From positions 124,001 through 188,000 of the forward strand of contig JANNQV010000028.1 of the NCBI GenBank assembly GCA_031400935.1: DNA of 64,000 bases, written 5' to 3'. The DNA is from Armatimonadota bacterium. Lineage in GTDB: Bacteria; Armatimonadota; Fimbriimonadia; Fimbriimonadales; Fimbriimonadaceae. Below are positions 38,061-47,289 of this stretch, piece by piece; the first letter of the stretch is position 1, and each line of letters begins with the position of its first letter. Under the pieces are notes generated by a model. It had not been told where the DNA came from. It searched no databases and saw nothing but the letters and a program-made list of their open reading frames with translations. Both the position numbers and the translations under genes were made by a program.

Positions 38061-39455
38061 ATGCAAAACTACCAACTAGGCGAGAAGATTGGGCAGGGCG
38101 GAATGGGACTTGTTTACAAGGCCCACGACCCTGGCCTGGATCGAGACGTTGCCATCAAGTTCATGGACGAAGCGCTGGCACATGACCCGGTCTGCGTCGA
38201 AAGGTTCCTGCGCGAAGCTCGCCTCTTAGCCAAAATTGACCATCCGAATGTTGTTCGAGTGCTTGGCGCGGGGAAGGACGAAAGAGACCGCCCATACTTT
38301 GTAATGGAGCTATTGCAAGGGATTTCGCTTTCGGAACGAATACGAAACGGCCCTCTCCCTGAAGCAGAGGCAGTCGAAATCGCCTGCCAAACTCTGGGCG
38401 CACTTGGCGAGGCCCATTCTCACGGAATCATCCACCGAGACATCAAGGCGAGCAACATACTTCTGTGCTCGGGAGGGCGCGTAAAGGTTATTGATTTTGG
38501 AATCGCTCGCGACGAAGTGGCTTCGAGCGTGACCAGCACGGGAAAGGTGATCGGAACCCCCTCGTATATGAGCCCGGAACAGGCGATGGGCGAAAAAGCA
38601 AGTCCGCAAAGCGATATCTATAGCTTAGGAATTCTAATGTACGAAATGCTCGTCGGGCATGTTCCGTTTCGCTCTGAAACCCCGGTCGCAGTTTTGCGAA
38701 TGCACACAGATCACCCGCCTCCTGCGCTGCCTGGATTCCTTTCTCCGAAGCTGCGAAGCGCTGTTGCTTGGGCTCTGGAAAAGCGTCCGGAACGCAGGTT
38801 CAAAACCGCCGATGCAATGCTGAATGAATTGCGTTCGAGCGTTGGCTCAGGCTCCAAAACTCCTGCAAAAGGAACGCCGAAACAGCAAATTTTCGCGCCT
38901 AAATCCGACCCGAATGTTGGAAATGCTCCAGATAAGAAGAGTTTTTTGGTGCCAGCTTTACTGATAGTTTTTGTTGTCGGGGCAATTGGAATTGCATGGA
39001 TAAGCGGCGCATTTGGAGGGGCGTCGGCATCGAATGATCCAGGCTCCGGCACAGCCACATCAGTTGCCTCCGAAGAATCAGAGCCAGCCAGTAGTTCAAC
39101 CGCCCTGCCAACGGTCGAAACGAAGAAAGAGACAAGGGATATTGCGTACAAGACAAAGACTCAGAACTCTTCGTCGCTCGCAAAGGGTAAGACGCAGGTT
39201 CTGACCGAGGGTCGAAATGGGACTCTCGAAATTACCTATCAAGTAACCACGGATAGTGATGGAAAAGTTACAAAGAAGGAAGTCAGCAGAACGACGGTTG
39301 TGCCAGCGCAAGATCGCGTAGTTCGGGTCGGGACAAAATCAACTTCGCCACCACCGGCTCCAAAGAAAACAAATTGTCCAAGGTGTGGCGTAAGAAAGCC
39401 AAATAGGTTCTGCGGAGTCTGCGGCTACCCTGGCCCCGACGCTCGTGGAGCTTAG
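38061..39455 (+). CDS. Hanks-type Ser/Thr kinase with TM, G5 domain and C-terminal zinc ribbon
   Basis: GQGGMG, VAIK, HRDIK, DFG, YMSPE; G5 (EGRNG...VRVGTK); CPRC..FCGVCG. Confidence 0.93.
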   Translation: MQNYQLGEKIGQGGMGLVYKAHDPGLDRDVAIKFMDEALAHDPVCVERFLREARLLAKIDHPNVVRVLGAGKDERDRPYFVMELLQGISLSERIRNGPLPEAEAVEIACQTLGALGEAHSHGIIHRDIKASNILLCSGGRVKVIDFGIARDEVASSVTSTGKVIGTPSYMSPEQAMGEKASPQSDIYSLGILMYEMLVGHVPFRSETPVAVLRMHTDHPPPALPGFLSPKLRSAVAWALEKRPERRFKTADAMLNELRSSVGSGSKTPAKGTPKQQIFAPKSDPNVGNAPDKKSFLVPALLIVFVVGAIGIAWISGAFGGASASNDPGSGTATSVASEESEPASSSTALPTVETKKETRDIAYKTKTQNSSSLAKGKTQVLTEGRNGTLEITYQVTTDSDGKVTKKEVSRTTVVPAQDRVVRVGTKSTSPPPAPKKTNCPRCGVRKPNRFCGVCGYPGPDARGA

Positions 39456-39686
39456 GCCTGAGTCAGCACCTACCGTGACCGTACAATTTGGTTGTGTCTA
39501 TTAACTACATTCACCAAGACATTCCAATTCATTGCTGGACCCTCATGAAACGCTCATTCAAGGGGTAGCCCTGACGTGAGCGGAAAATAGGTTGATGCAT
39601 CCGAAGGCTTGACTCTAATCGCATCGGCTCATTTTTGTGTTTAGTAGGATTTGCAAGTCAATCATTGGAGTATGATTCGGTGACTG

Positions 39687-40808
39687 ATGGCGACGTTTAG
39701 GACATCACTTGTCAAGTACCGCAAAGGCTTCATTTGGATGCTAATTTGTGGAGCTTGCGTAATTTTTGCTTATACCAAATGGGGAAGCCCTTACATAACT
39801 GAGCGGCGGAACAAACAACTCATTCTTGAACGCTGGACAGCTATGTTTTATGAGCAGATTCCTTCGTTCGAATTGTTGTGGAACAGATCAATGGAGTGCA
39901 AAAGCGAGTTCTCAACAGAGTATACAGGCGCTTGGCTAAATGACTCGAATCATGGATATTCCTATGGATTCGTTTGGTCGGAAGAAAAGGAAAGAGTTAT
40001 TGGTAGCTATCATGCAGAATTTGCATTTTTTGAGAAGACAGCCAAGCCGATAAGCTCCTCTTATAGGCTAAAGATTACAGGCACTGAGGTAATGGCAATA
40101 TTGTCCGATCCGCTAAAGGCAGGAATCATGCCTAACGTACCGATTCTCAAACGCATAAAGGCAGAAAATGCACCGTCTCCTCAAAAGAGGGCCATCCAAA
40201 GTTTTGGAAAAGAAATCCAAGCTGAAATACGATCCATGAAGGGAATGGGAGATCGCAAATTGAACCTTTGGGGAATGGAAATCTTCATTTCGTTCGATGC
40301 CGCGAAAAACATGGAGCTTACAATGCGAATGCCGTTGCCCAATCCGTACATTGCAACTCCAGTAAAAATGGACTGGAGCGAGGATTTAAGATTTGGTCGA
40401 ACTGCGGTTCCTAAAATCTATAAGATGCTTGCAAATTCTACATTTAAGGGAAAGGTTTCAGTTAGTCGCGAATTGTATTTTCGCGGCTTTATTGTGAATA
40501 GTCATGGTGCTCACGGTCACGCTAGATTTGTAGTCCTGGCGGCTAGCGGCCAGGTTTATCGCGTTTACATTACGGAGCAACGTAATGGAAAAGACGTTGA
40601 AATTTCAATTCATGCTGCACATCCATATTCATATCACACAGAAGTTCCTTTGATCGCACGTGACCTTCGTCCTAGCTTTCAAGAATATGTTTTTCGCCAG
40701 AGTTTTCCATCAGGCAAGATTCCGATCAACCCAAGATTGCCTGCCCAATTCCATCTCAGTTTGGATAAAGATATTCCTAAAATAACTGGCGATTATCCCG
40801 AGGATTAA
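39687..40808 (+). CDS. Hypothetical membrane-anchored protein
   Basis: 373-aa ORF with N-terminal TM; AT-richer than its flanks. Confidence 0.7.
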   Translation: MATFRTSLVKYRKGFIWMLICGACVIFAYTKWGSPYITERRNKQLILERWTAMFYEQIPSFELLWNRSMECKSEFSTEYTGAWLNDSNHGYSYGFVWSEEKERVIGSYHAEFAFFEKTAKPISSSYRLKITGTEVMAILSDPLKAGIMPNVPILKRIKAENAPSPQKRAIQSFGKEIQAEIRSMKGMGDRKLNLWGMEIFISFDAAKNMELTMRMPLPNPYIATPVKMDWSEDLRFGRTAVPKIYKMLANSTFKGKVSVSRELYFRGFIVNSHGAHGHARFVVLAASGQVYRVYITEQRNGKDVEISIHAAHPYSYHTEVPLIARDLRPSFQEYVFRQSFPSGKIPINPRLPAQFHLSLDKDIPKITGDYPED

Positions 40809-40836
40809 GACAATTCCTTGCTACTGAAACTTCGAT

Positions 40837-42807
40837 TTACCGAACTTGTATCATCTCAATATTGGCAAAGCCAATGACGCCGCCACCGTGGGAGTTCGGT
40901 AGACGTACGATGGAAACCTCGGCGGAATTCGAACTGCCGGAATCCCACTCGTAGAAGACCTCGGCATATCTGCTATGGCCGCCGAGTTGGGGCTGGCTAC
41001 GGTCGCCGTTGACTCGAATTTCGTACGAGTTGACCCATTCGGGGCCCCCGCTCAACCCGATCTCTTGGAAGCTGACCCGATACTTGGTACGCGGTTTGCA
41101 TTTCACTTTGGCTGACCAAACCGTGAACAAATGAGAACCGCCAGAGTTCATGAACAGCACTTGCCCGCCGCCGGGGGCGGAGAACGGATGGGCGGGGACG
41201 TTTGTGTGGAGATGGACAGGCGAATTGAACGCCGGGACGACAGTATAGTAGCCGCCCCAAAGGCAGTTTGGGCTCGGCTTGATGTACTCCCTGTCGGAGT
41301 CGAAGCCCCAGTTTCCAAGAGCAAAATCGCCGTTGGCGATGATGTTGTTCAGTAATGATCGCTTTACTGGTCGGTCGCGAAGGTCCTCGTTCGTTCCTCG
41401 CGTCTCGTTTTCCTTTTGCAGGACTTCTCTATACTTCTGGGCTATCGTCAGAGTTCGCTTGATGTCCTCGTCTTCCAAGTTCGGGTACTGCTTAGAAGTT
41501 GAAGTAATTGCTGTGTAAAGTTTGCTCTCGGCTTGGCGGTACTTTTGGCCTTCGCATGATGCGGCCATGTCATGTATAGCTTGAGCCAGTACTGCAATGG
41601 CGTAGTTTTTGGCGACTGAGCGGTCTTCTTTCTTGCCATCCTGCCCGTCACCTGTCAGAGCGACGAACGAGTTTTGGCTCGTCTCGACCGTATTTTTGCG
41701 CTCTAAATCGTAGTAGGCGAGTCGCGCTTTCACAGCCAGCCGTGAACGATCTGAAGTCCCCGCGCGAGCCGTGAAGCGTACGAGCACTACCTGAGTCATT
41801 CCGCTGTTCATGTTGTCGAGCTTGACCTTAATGGAGCGTTCGCCCAATTTAGGCTCATAACCGTAAACCTTGTCCAACACGAGGCCTGGGCCGAATTCGA
41901 TCTCCAAGTTCGGTTCTGTCGCAACGGGCGAGATCAGGCTTTGCAATTCCTTGACGAACACCTTGTCAACATCCGCCGCATCCGCAACGAAATGGTAAAG
42001 TCCTCGACCGCTTTTGGCAAGATCGCGAAGCAAATCCTTGTTGAGATCGAGTCCGACGCCGATGGTGGATAAGTCAATTCCCCGGTCGTTGTATCCCTGC
42101 GAGGCGCTTGCGATGGTTTTGGGATCGGTCACGCCCTGGTTCGCGATTCCGTCGGTAAGCAGAATAACCCGATTCGTCGAATCTTTTCGATAGTTTTTCA
42201 TCGCTTCTTGATAGCCCAGCATTAGGCCCGCATTGATGTTGGTGGAACTTCCAGGCACGATCTCGCTGATGAGTCCCTTGATGCTCTCTCTATCCGACAC
42301 CCGCTTGGCAGGGAGAAGCACTTGCGCCTCAGAATCGAAAACCACGATAGAAAGCGTGTCAATCGGACGAAGTTGGGAAACGAGTGTCAGAAGGGCAGAT
42401 TTGACTCGGGTGAGCTTGTTTGCCGCCGCCATCGAGCCGCTCTTATCTATGACGAGGGATAAATTGAGGGGGCGAAGCTGCTGCCGGTCGTGGGCGAGCG
42501 ATGTGGCAAGGCCGATTTGAAGAACCGCGAACCCGTCACTGCCTACGGACTCGCGGTCCCAGCGGACATCCATTGCAACGGCTTCGCCCGCCTTAGGGCG
42601 TCCGATTTCGTGGCGATGGTAGTTGATGAAATCCTCGATGATGACTTCGCGGGAGGCTGGAATCATTCCCAAGCCGCTCAGGAACTTGGTTCGCGCCGCG
42701 CCAGCGGTCGAAACGCCGTCCTGGGCAATGCTGGTGCCTGCTATGGCAAGAAGCAAAAAGGCGAGGCAAGAGTATTGAATGCGAGTGTTTCGGATAATCG
42801 GCGACAT
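40837..42807 (-). CDS. VWA domain protein (YfbK-like) with a C-terminal carbohydrate-binding-like domain
   Basis: IEDFINY, MIDAS DKSGSM, LLTDG.AN, IIANGDF; GGAGGG RBS before ATG 42807. Confidence 0.88.
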   Translation of the reverse strand: MSPIIRNTRIQYSCLAFLLLAIAGTSIAQDGVSTAGAARTKFLSGLGMIPASREVIIEDFINYHRHEIGRPKAGEAVAMDVRWDRESVGSDGFAVLQIGLATSLAHDRQQLRPLNLSLVIDKSGSMAAANKLTRVKSALLTLVSQLRPIDTLSIVVFDSEAQVLLPAKRVSDRESIKGLISEIVPGSSTNINAGLMLGYQEAMKNYRKDSTNRVILLTDGIANQGVTDPKTIASASQGYNDRGIDLSTIGVGLDLNKDLLRDLAKSGRGLYHFVADAADVDKVFVKELQSLISPVATEPNLEIEFGPGLVLDKVYGYEPKLGERSIKVKLDNMNSGMTQVVLVRFTARAGTSDRSRLAVKARLAYYDLERKNTVETSQNSFVALTGDGQDGKKEDRSVAKNYAIAVLAQAIHDMAASCEGQKYRQAESKLYTAITSTSKQYPNLEDEDIKRTLTIAQKYREVLQKENETRGTNEDLRDRPVKRSLLNNIIANGDFALGNWGFDSDREYIKPSPNCLWGGYYTVVPAFNSPVHLHTNVPAHPFSAPGGGQVLFMNSGGSHLFTVWSAKVKCKPRTKYRVSFQEIGLSGGPEWVNSYEIRVNGDRSQPQLGGHSRYAEVFYEWDSGSSNSAEVSIVRLPNSHGGGVIGFANIEMIQVR

Positions 42808-42852
42808 GAATTCCCTCCGGTCCAGGCGGCCGCAGCCAACCCTGGTAAGTCG

Positions 42853-42878
42853 GACGCTCCTGTTGCCTTGCGGGTTAC
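42853..42878 (-). promoter_or_regulatory. Putative ECF-sigma promoter upstream of the VWA gene
   Basis: GTAAC-N17-CGTC on the minus strand. Confidence 0.45.
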
Positions 42879-42994
42879 GCCAGAAGTTGATGTGAGAGCT
42901 CTGCGGCATACAGAGTTGCATTGCCCATTTCCATTCCGACCTTAGTTTCCATGTGTGGTTTCTCCTTTCCCTAACCTTGCTAACGAGTTACGGC

Positions 42995-43387
42995 TTATAG
43001 AGTTTCCGATTTTCGCCTTTCCTGAAGCTTCGAGTAGGTTTCGGGAAACAGTTTTCTTAATGCGCTTTCAGCAGCATTGGCGAGAACTGGAACGTGATCA
43101 GTTGCGACCGACCAAATAACCACCAAATCAACGTCGAAATAACCATGAACAAGACGATTTCGGAATCCGCGCACTTTGTCAATCGGCACTTCCGGCATCT
43201 CCTCCAACGATGCCGTTTGTAGTTTTACGCACGCTTCGCCAATTACGATCAGCAGATATTGAGTTGCTGAACATAGCATGTCGTTTGAGTCAAATTCACT
43301 AGGTTCGGTGCCCTTTAACATTTTTTCGAGCTTCGCAGAAGCTTCTATTATGTCAACTAGGTACAAGTCATCAAGCCGCGAAGACAA
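42995..43387 (-). CDS. HEPN (DUF86/HepT-like) toxin
   Basis: IGEA and the RX4HXY motif RNRLVHGY. Confidence 0.92.
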   Translation of the reverse strand: MSSRLDDLYLVDIIEASAKLEKMLKGTEPSEFDSNDMLCSATQYLLIVIGEACVKLQTASLEEMPEVPIDKVRGFRNRLVHGYFDVDLVVIWSVATDHVPVLANAAESALRKLFPETYSKLQERRKSETL

Positions 43388-43673
43388 CTTGGGCCTCCTG
43401 TAGCACTCGATCTCGGATCACCCATTTCAACAAACGGGGCTCAACTAGGTCAACTTTGATGCCAAGCAAATCAGATAGTTCATTCTCGAAATCAACCATC
43501 TCGAAAAGGCCAACGCGGGCATTGGGCAAGAATTCGACCAAAAGGTCAACGTCGCTATCGTTTCCTGCCTCGCCATGCAGGTATGAACCGAATAACGATA
43601 GCCGAGCTACCTGCCTTTGGCGGCAGAACTCAGCGATTTCAGGTTTATCGAGGAAGCTCGGCATCGGCTTCAT
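43371..43673 (-). CDS. Minimal nucleotidyltransferase (MntA-like) antitoxin
   Basis: GSX10DXD motif GSYLHGEAGNDSDVD, KVDLV; overlaps the HEPN gene. Confidence 0.92.
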   Translation of the reverse strand: MKPMPSFLDKPEIAEFCRQRQVARLSLFGSYLHGEAGNDSDVDLLVEFLPNARVGLFEMVDFENELSDLLGIKVDLVEPRLLKWVIRDRVLQEAQVVFAA

Positions 43674-43767
43674 ATCAGTTGAATTGTACCGTTGCTTTGG
43701 TGCCGTTCGACAAGATTGAGCTTTTATCCCTCGTTGGGTGCCTGGTCATGGCTCGAAGATTTCCGAG

Positions 43768-44304
43768 TTATGGTTCAGAAGGAATGCCTTGAACAAAGTC
43801 GTGCGCTCCTCGACAGGAATGACAAATCACCCAATCATCCCTGTTTTTCAATTCGACCAATGCGTCTGCGGCACTAGAACAGTATCCGTATCCATTCATT
43901 CCCATATAAGCAACGATTTTCTCGTCGCGGAACTCCTCGATGAAACTTACTACAGACTCGAATCCGCAATCTTTGTTCGCTTTCACATCAGGAGGCATAT
44001 TGTCCCAAACGTCAGGTAAATAAGTGACCCAATCAGTTTCCCATCTCCAATTCAGTTCTGGAATTCTGAACCACCAAAGTGTTATCACGCGATCCAATTC
44101 GACAGTAATAGTCATCGGATCGGGAACCGATGGATTTTCGGAGGGAATGTTAATTTCCAATGTGAAAACAGACAGACCGTCAACGATGTTTTCCTTGGCA
44201 GACATGAATCTCACCCAATCGGGGTAGTAATTTGAAAAGTACTTGGCTGCATGTAAACAGAACCGCTCCAGGCGCAACTTCTTTAAATCACGCTGCACAG
44301 ACAT
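43768..44304 (-). CDS. Hypothetical protein
   Basis: 178-aa Trp-rich ORF; no family recognised. Confidence 0.6.
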   Translation of the reverse strand: MSVQRDLKKLRLERFCLHAAKYFSNYYPDWVRFMSAKENIVDGLSVFTLEINIPSENPSVPDPMTITVELDRVITLWWFRIPELNWRWETDWVTYLPDVWDNMPPDVKANKDCGFESVVSFIEEFRDEKIVAYMGMNGYGYCSSAADALVELKNRDDWVICHSCRGAHDFVQGIPSEP

Positions 44305-44375
44305 TCATAAATGTTACTCGAGTGCAAACTTGGCATTACAATGTGCAAACGGAAAGGACACCTCTACTAGAAAAT

Positions 44376-44404
44376 AGGGAAAGCCCCGACTAGCGGGGCT
44401 CCCT
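44376..44404 (-). terminator. Probable intrinsic terminator
   Basis: agccccg-actag-cggggct stem downstream of the 44446-46506 gene. Confidence 0.6.
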
Positions 44405-44445
44405 TTCTCTCCTTCTCCGGAATGAAAGCTTGTTAGCTTTTTGGG

Positions 44446-46506
44446 CTACATTCCTGCTGCGTTTCTTTCGTGCATAGCTGCCGAAGCCTCACAGGCTTTT
44501 CCCTTCGTAGTTTTGCCATCCGCGTATGCTGCTGCTGCTTCCTCGCGGTCTGCTGCGGCGGCTTCAAGTTCCTTGGCTTTCTCTTCGTTGCCGCGCATTC
44601 GGGCATCTGCGGCGGCAGCCCAATTCGTTGCTGCCAGAGTCCACTGATATGCTGCCTTTCGAAAGTTTTCCTTTATAGTGTCATCGGTTTGAGCGTCCGC
44701 AGAATCTTTCCAACCTGCGGCTTCTTTCTTGGCGGCTTCCGCTTTTTCGAGGTCCTTTTCGTATTCAGTGTTGCCAGTTGGACAAGTTGCAGGAATCGTA
44801 AATGTTCCTACTCGATCTGCTATGAACCTTACAGAAACTGTGTTCCTCGCTCCGCCCGAAGTGCGAAATTTGCCAACGCTGTTCACCGTTACCGCGTCGT
44901 TCATTCGATCTTCGATAAAGACGTCAACTGGCTTGTCGGTGCCTTCGATGATCAAGGTTCGAGTAGACGTCTGTCCCACAACCATCTTGGGCTGGTTCGA
45001 ATCCCAGCTCAATTTGATTGCGCAAGTATCGAACGAATAGGTTTGGCCGTTGGCGTTCATGGTTACCGTAGTTGGTCCGGCTGGCGCATCAATCGGAGCC
45101 AGAATCTTCATCGAGGTCGAAGATGCGGCTAAGACTTTAGCGGGCTTGTTGCCAAACATGACGGTTTGCCCGCTAAGCGTTCCTGGCATTCCATTACAAG
45201 GAATGTTGACAATCGAACCCGGCTGAATGAACTGCGGAGGATTGATGATCGCAGGAGCACTTGGCGAGGGCCGAAGCGAATTGATGATCATCGAGGTAAC
45301 GATTCCTCCGGCGATGATCTTCGCTGATTTCCAATTGTCGGGAGTTTTTGCAGTCACGACGCCGTTCAAATCGGTCGTCGCTTCGATCTTGCCCATAGCT
45401 CCGCCATCAATCGTTACGGGCGCATTTGCAATGACTTGGCCGGTTAGTGTAGCGACTGTGAGTTGGAAAGATTGCCCTGCATTTGCAGAATTCGGGGCGC
45501 AGATGAGGATGTTGCTTGGGTCGCCAAATGGATTTTGCGAATTCGAAATCGGGCGGCCTTCTGAGTCTCGCTTAATTGACCGTTTCGGTTTTCCGCCTTC
45601 GTATTCCGTTTCGTCTTTAGAGCCGTCAGGATGGTAAACCACTTTTCGACGAATCGAACCATCGTTGTTGTATTCGGTAGTTTCGATGTCGCCGTTTGGG
45701 CTAACCTTTCTTATTGGACGGCCCTTTTCATCATAGTCGATCCTTTCGGTAACTTTGCCTTCGCCATCAAGAGTGCCTTCCGACACCTTTCGACCTTTTT
45801 CATCATAAGTCGTGATTTTTCGAGGATTACCGGCTTTATCGAAATCGCTGAATTCTGATTTTTTGTTGCCCTTTTCGTCGTATCTGGTCTCTTTTGTCGG
45901 CTTTCCATCGGGCCCGTATTCAGTTTCTTTTGTTTTGGTGCCGTTCTTATCCCATTCAGTGGTCTTTGTAGGTTGGCCATCTTTGTATTCGGTTTCCGAT
46001 TTTTTGCCGTTGCCGGGGGCGTCGTGGTAGTCGGTTTTCTTGGTCGTTTTGCCGTCGGCATCCTTTTCTTCTTCAGAAACAGTTCGCTTGGGTGAAGAAC
46101 CAGCGGGGTCATTTACTACAGTAGTCTTGCTTCCTCCGTCTGGAGTCTTAACTTCAGTAGTAGTCTTTCTGTCATTTCCATCCTCATCAAGGGAACGAGT
46201 TTCGACTTCTGTCGTCTTCTTCTTTTCCTTTCGATTGGGATGCCCTTCTCGTTCAGTGTAGTCGGTTGTGGTTGTGGTTTTCTTGACCACCTTTCCTGTC
46301 TTTGTATTAGTTTCAGTCTTGGTCGTAGTAACTCTTTTTGCACCGTCGGTACTAGTGGTCTTTTCCGTTGTAGTCGTTTGACCAAAGTATGCGATTGAAA
46401 GTTCAGAAGCGCGGACCACCGTTGCGATCAAGTTGTCGAAAGGTTGCGCGATTGCGCTCATTTGGCAAGTTGTTAGTAACGCTAATGCCCAAATTTTTGT
46501 TTTCAC
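44446..46506 (-). CDS. Large secreted repeat protein (YD/MORN-like hairpin repeats, Ig/IPT-like domains, helical tail)
   Basis: Signal peptide; many (Y/W)DxxGx repeats; VMFGNKPAKVLAASSTSMKILAP (IPT-like); GGAGG RBS. Confidence 0.8.
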   Translation of the reverse strand: MKTKIWALALLTTCQMSAIAQPFDNLIATVVRASELSIAYFGQTTTTEKTTSTDGAKRVTTTKTETNTKTGKVVKKTTTTTDYTEREGHPNRKEKKKTTEVETRSLDEDGNDRKTTTEVKTPDGGSKTTVVNDPAGSSPKRTVSEEEKDADGKTTKKTDYHDAPGNGKKSETEYKDGQPTKTTEWDKNGTKTKETEYGPDGKPTKETRYDEKGNKKSEFSDFDKAGNPRKITTYDEKGRKVSEGTLDGEGKVTERIDYDEKGRPIRKVSPNGDIETTEYNNDGSIRRKVVYHPDGSKDETEYEGGKPKRSIKRDSEGRPISNSQNPFGDPSNILICAPNSANAGQSFQLTVATLTGQVIANAPVTIDGGAMGKIEATTDLNGVVTAKTPDNWKSAKIIAGGIVTSMIINSLRPSPSAPAIINPPQFIQPGSIVNIPCNGMPGTLSGQTVMFGNKPAKVLAASSTSMKILAPIDAPAGPTTVTMNANGQTYSFDTCAIKLSWDSNQPKMVVGQTSTRTLIIEGTDKPVDVFIEDRMNDAVTVNSVGKFRTSGGARNTVSVRFIADRVGTFTIPATCPTGNTEYEKDLEKAEAAKKEAAGWKDSADAQTDDTIKENFRKAAYQWTLAATNWAAAADARMRGNEEKAKELEAAAADREEAAAAYADGKTTKGKACEASAAMHERNAAGM

Positions 46507-46622
46507 AGATTTCCTCCGGGCCTTCGGCGCTTTGTTTGTTTCGCCTCGGCCTATGCGGCTAAGTAGCTAATTCTCCTTAGTATGTTCCTAAATGGGTCAT
46601 AAGTCTTGGGTAACTTGACCTA

Positions 46623-47288
46623 ATGGATGAGCCATTTGTCCCATATCAGCCTGAACGCAAGAAGATTGACGAAACTTTTGAAACCCTGAAAACTGACCTA
46701 ACAGTTGCCCAAGCAAGAAGGACGGTGAGGATGTTTGCGCCTGATCCTGTGCCTCGAGAAGCTATTGAGACTGCGTTACTAATTGCAGGAACTGCTCCAA
46801 GCGGAGCGCATCGTCAGCCGTGGTTCTTTGTGGCAATTTCTGATCCTGAATTCAAGAGGAAGCTTCGGGAAGCCGCAGAAATTGAAGAGAGGGAGTTCTA
46901 TGAAAGGAAGGCTCCTCAGGACTGGCTAGATGCGCTCAAGCCGTTGGGAACCGATTTCGTGAAAACTCACTTGACAGATGCTCCATGGGTAATTGTAGTT
47001 TTCCGCAGAGACCACGAGGTCGGGCCGAGTGGCGAGAAGTTGAAAAACTACTATATGACAGAGAGCGTTGGCATTGCAGTTGGTTTTCTGATTCAGGCTT
47101 TGCATCGTGCGGGTTTAGCGACCCTAACCCATACTCCGTCGCCAATGACCTTTCTGAGGGAGCTTTGCGGCAGGCCGCTGAATGAAAAGCCGTTTCTAGT
47201 TCTCCCAGTCGGGTATCCGGCATCAGGTTGTATGGTGCCAAATCTGGGAAGAAAGAATCTGGATGAGATAGCTGAGTTCGTAAAGTAA
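46623..47288 (+). CDS. Nitroreductase family, iodotyrosine deiodinase-like
   Basis: RRTVRMF, APSGAHRQPW, EEREFY..APQDWLDALKPLGTDFVK, TLTHTP. Confidence 0.88.
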   Translation: MDEPFVPYQPERKKIDETFETLKTDLTVAQARRTVRMFAPDPVPREAIETALLIAGTAPSGAHRQPWFFVAISDPEFKRKLREAAEIEEREFYERKAPQDWLDALKPLGTDFVKTHLTDAPWVIVVFRRDHEVGPSGEKLKNYYMTESVGIAVGFLIQALHRAGLATLTHTPSPMTFLRELCGRPLNEKPFLVLPVGYPASGCMVPNLGRKNLDEIAEFVK

Positions 47289-47289
47289 C

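Noticed and set aside
44470..45132. 220-aa plus-strand ORF
   Set aside because: Antisense to the large repeat protein.
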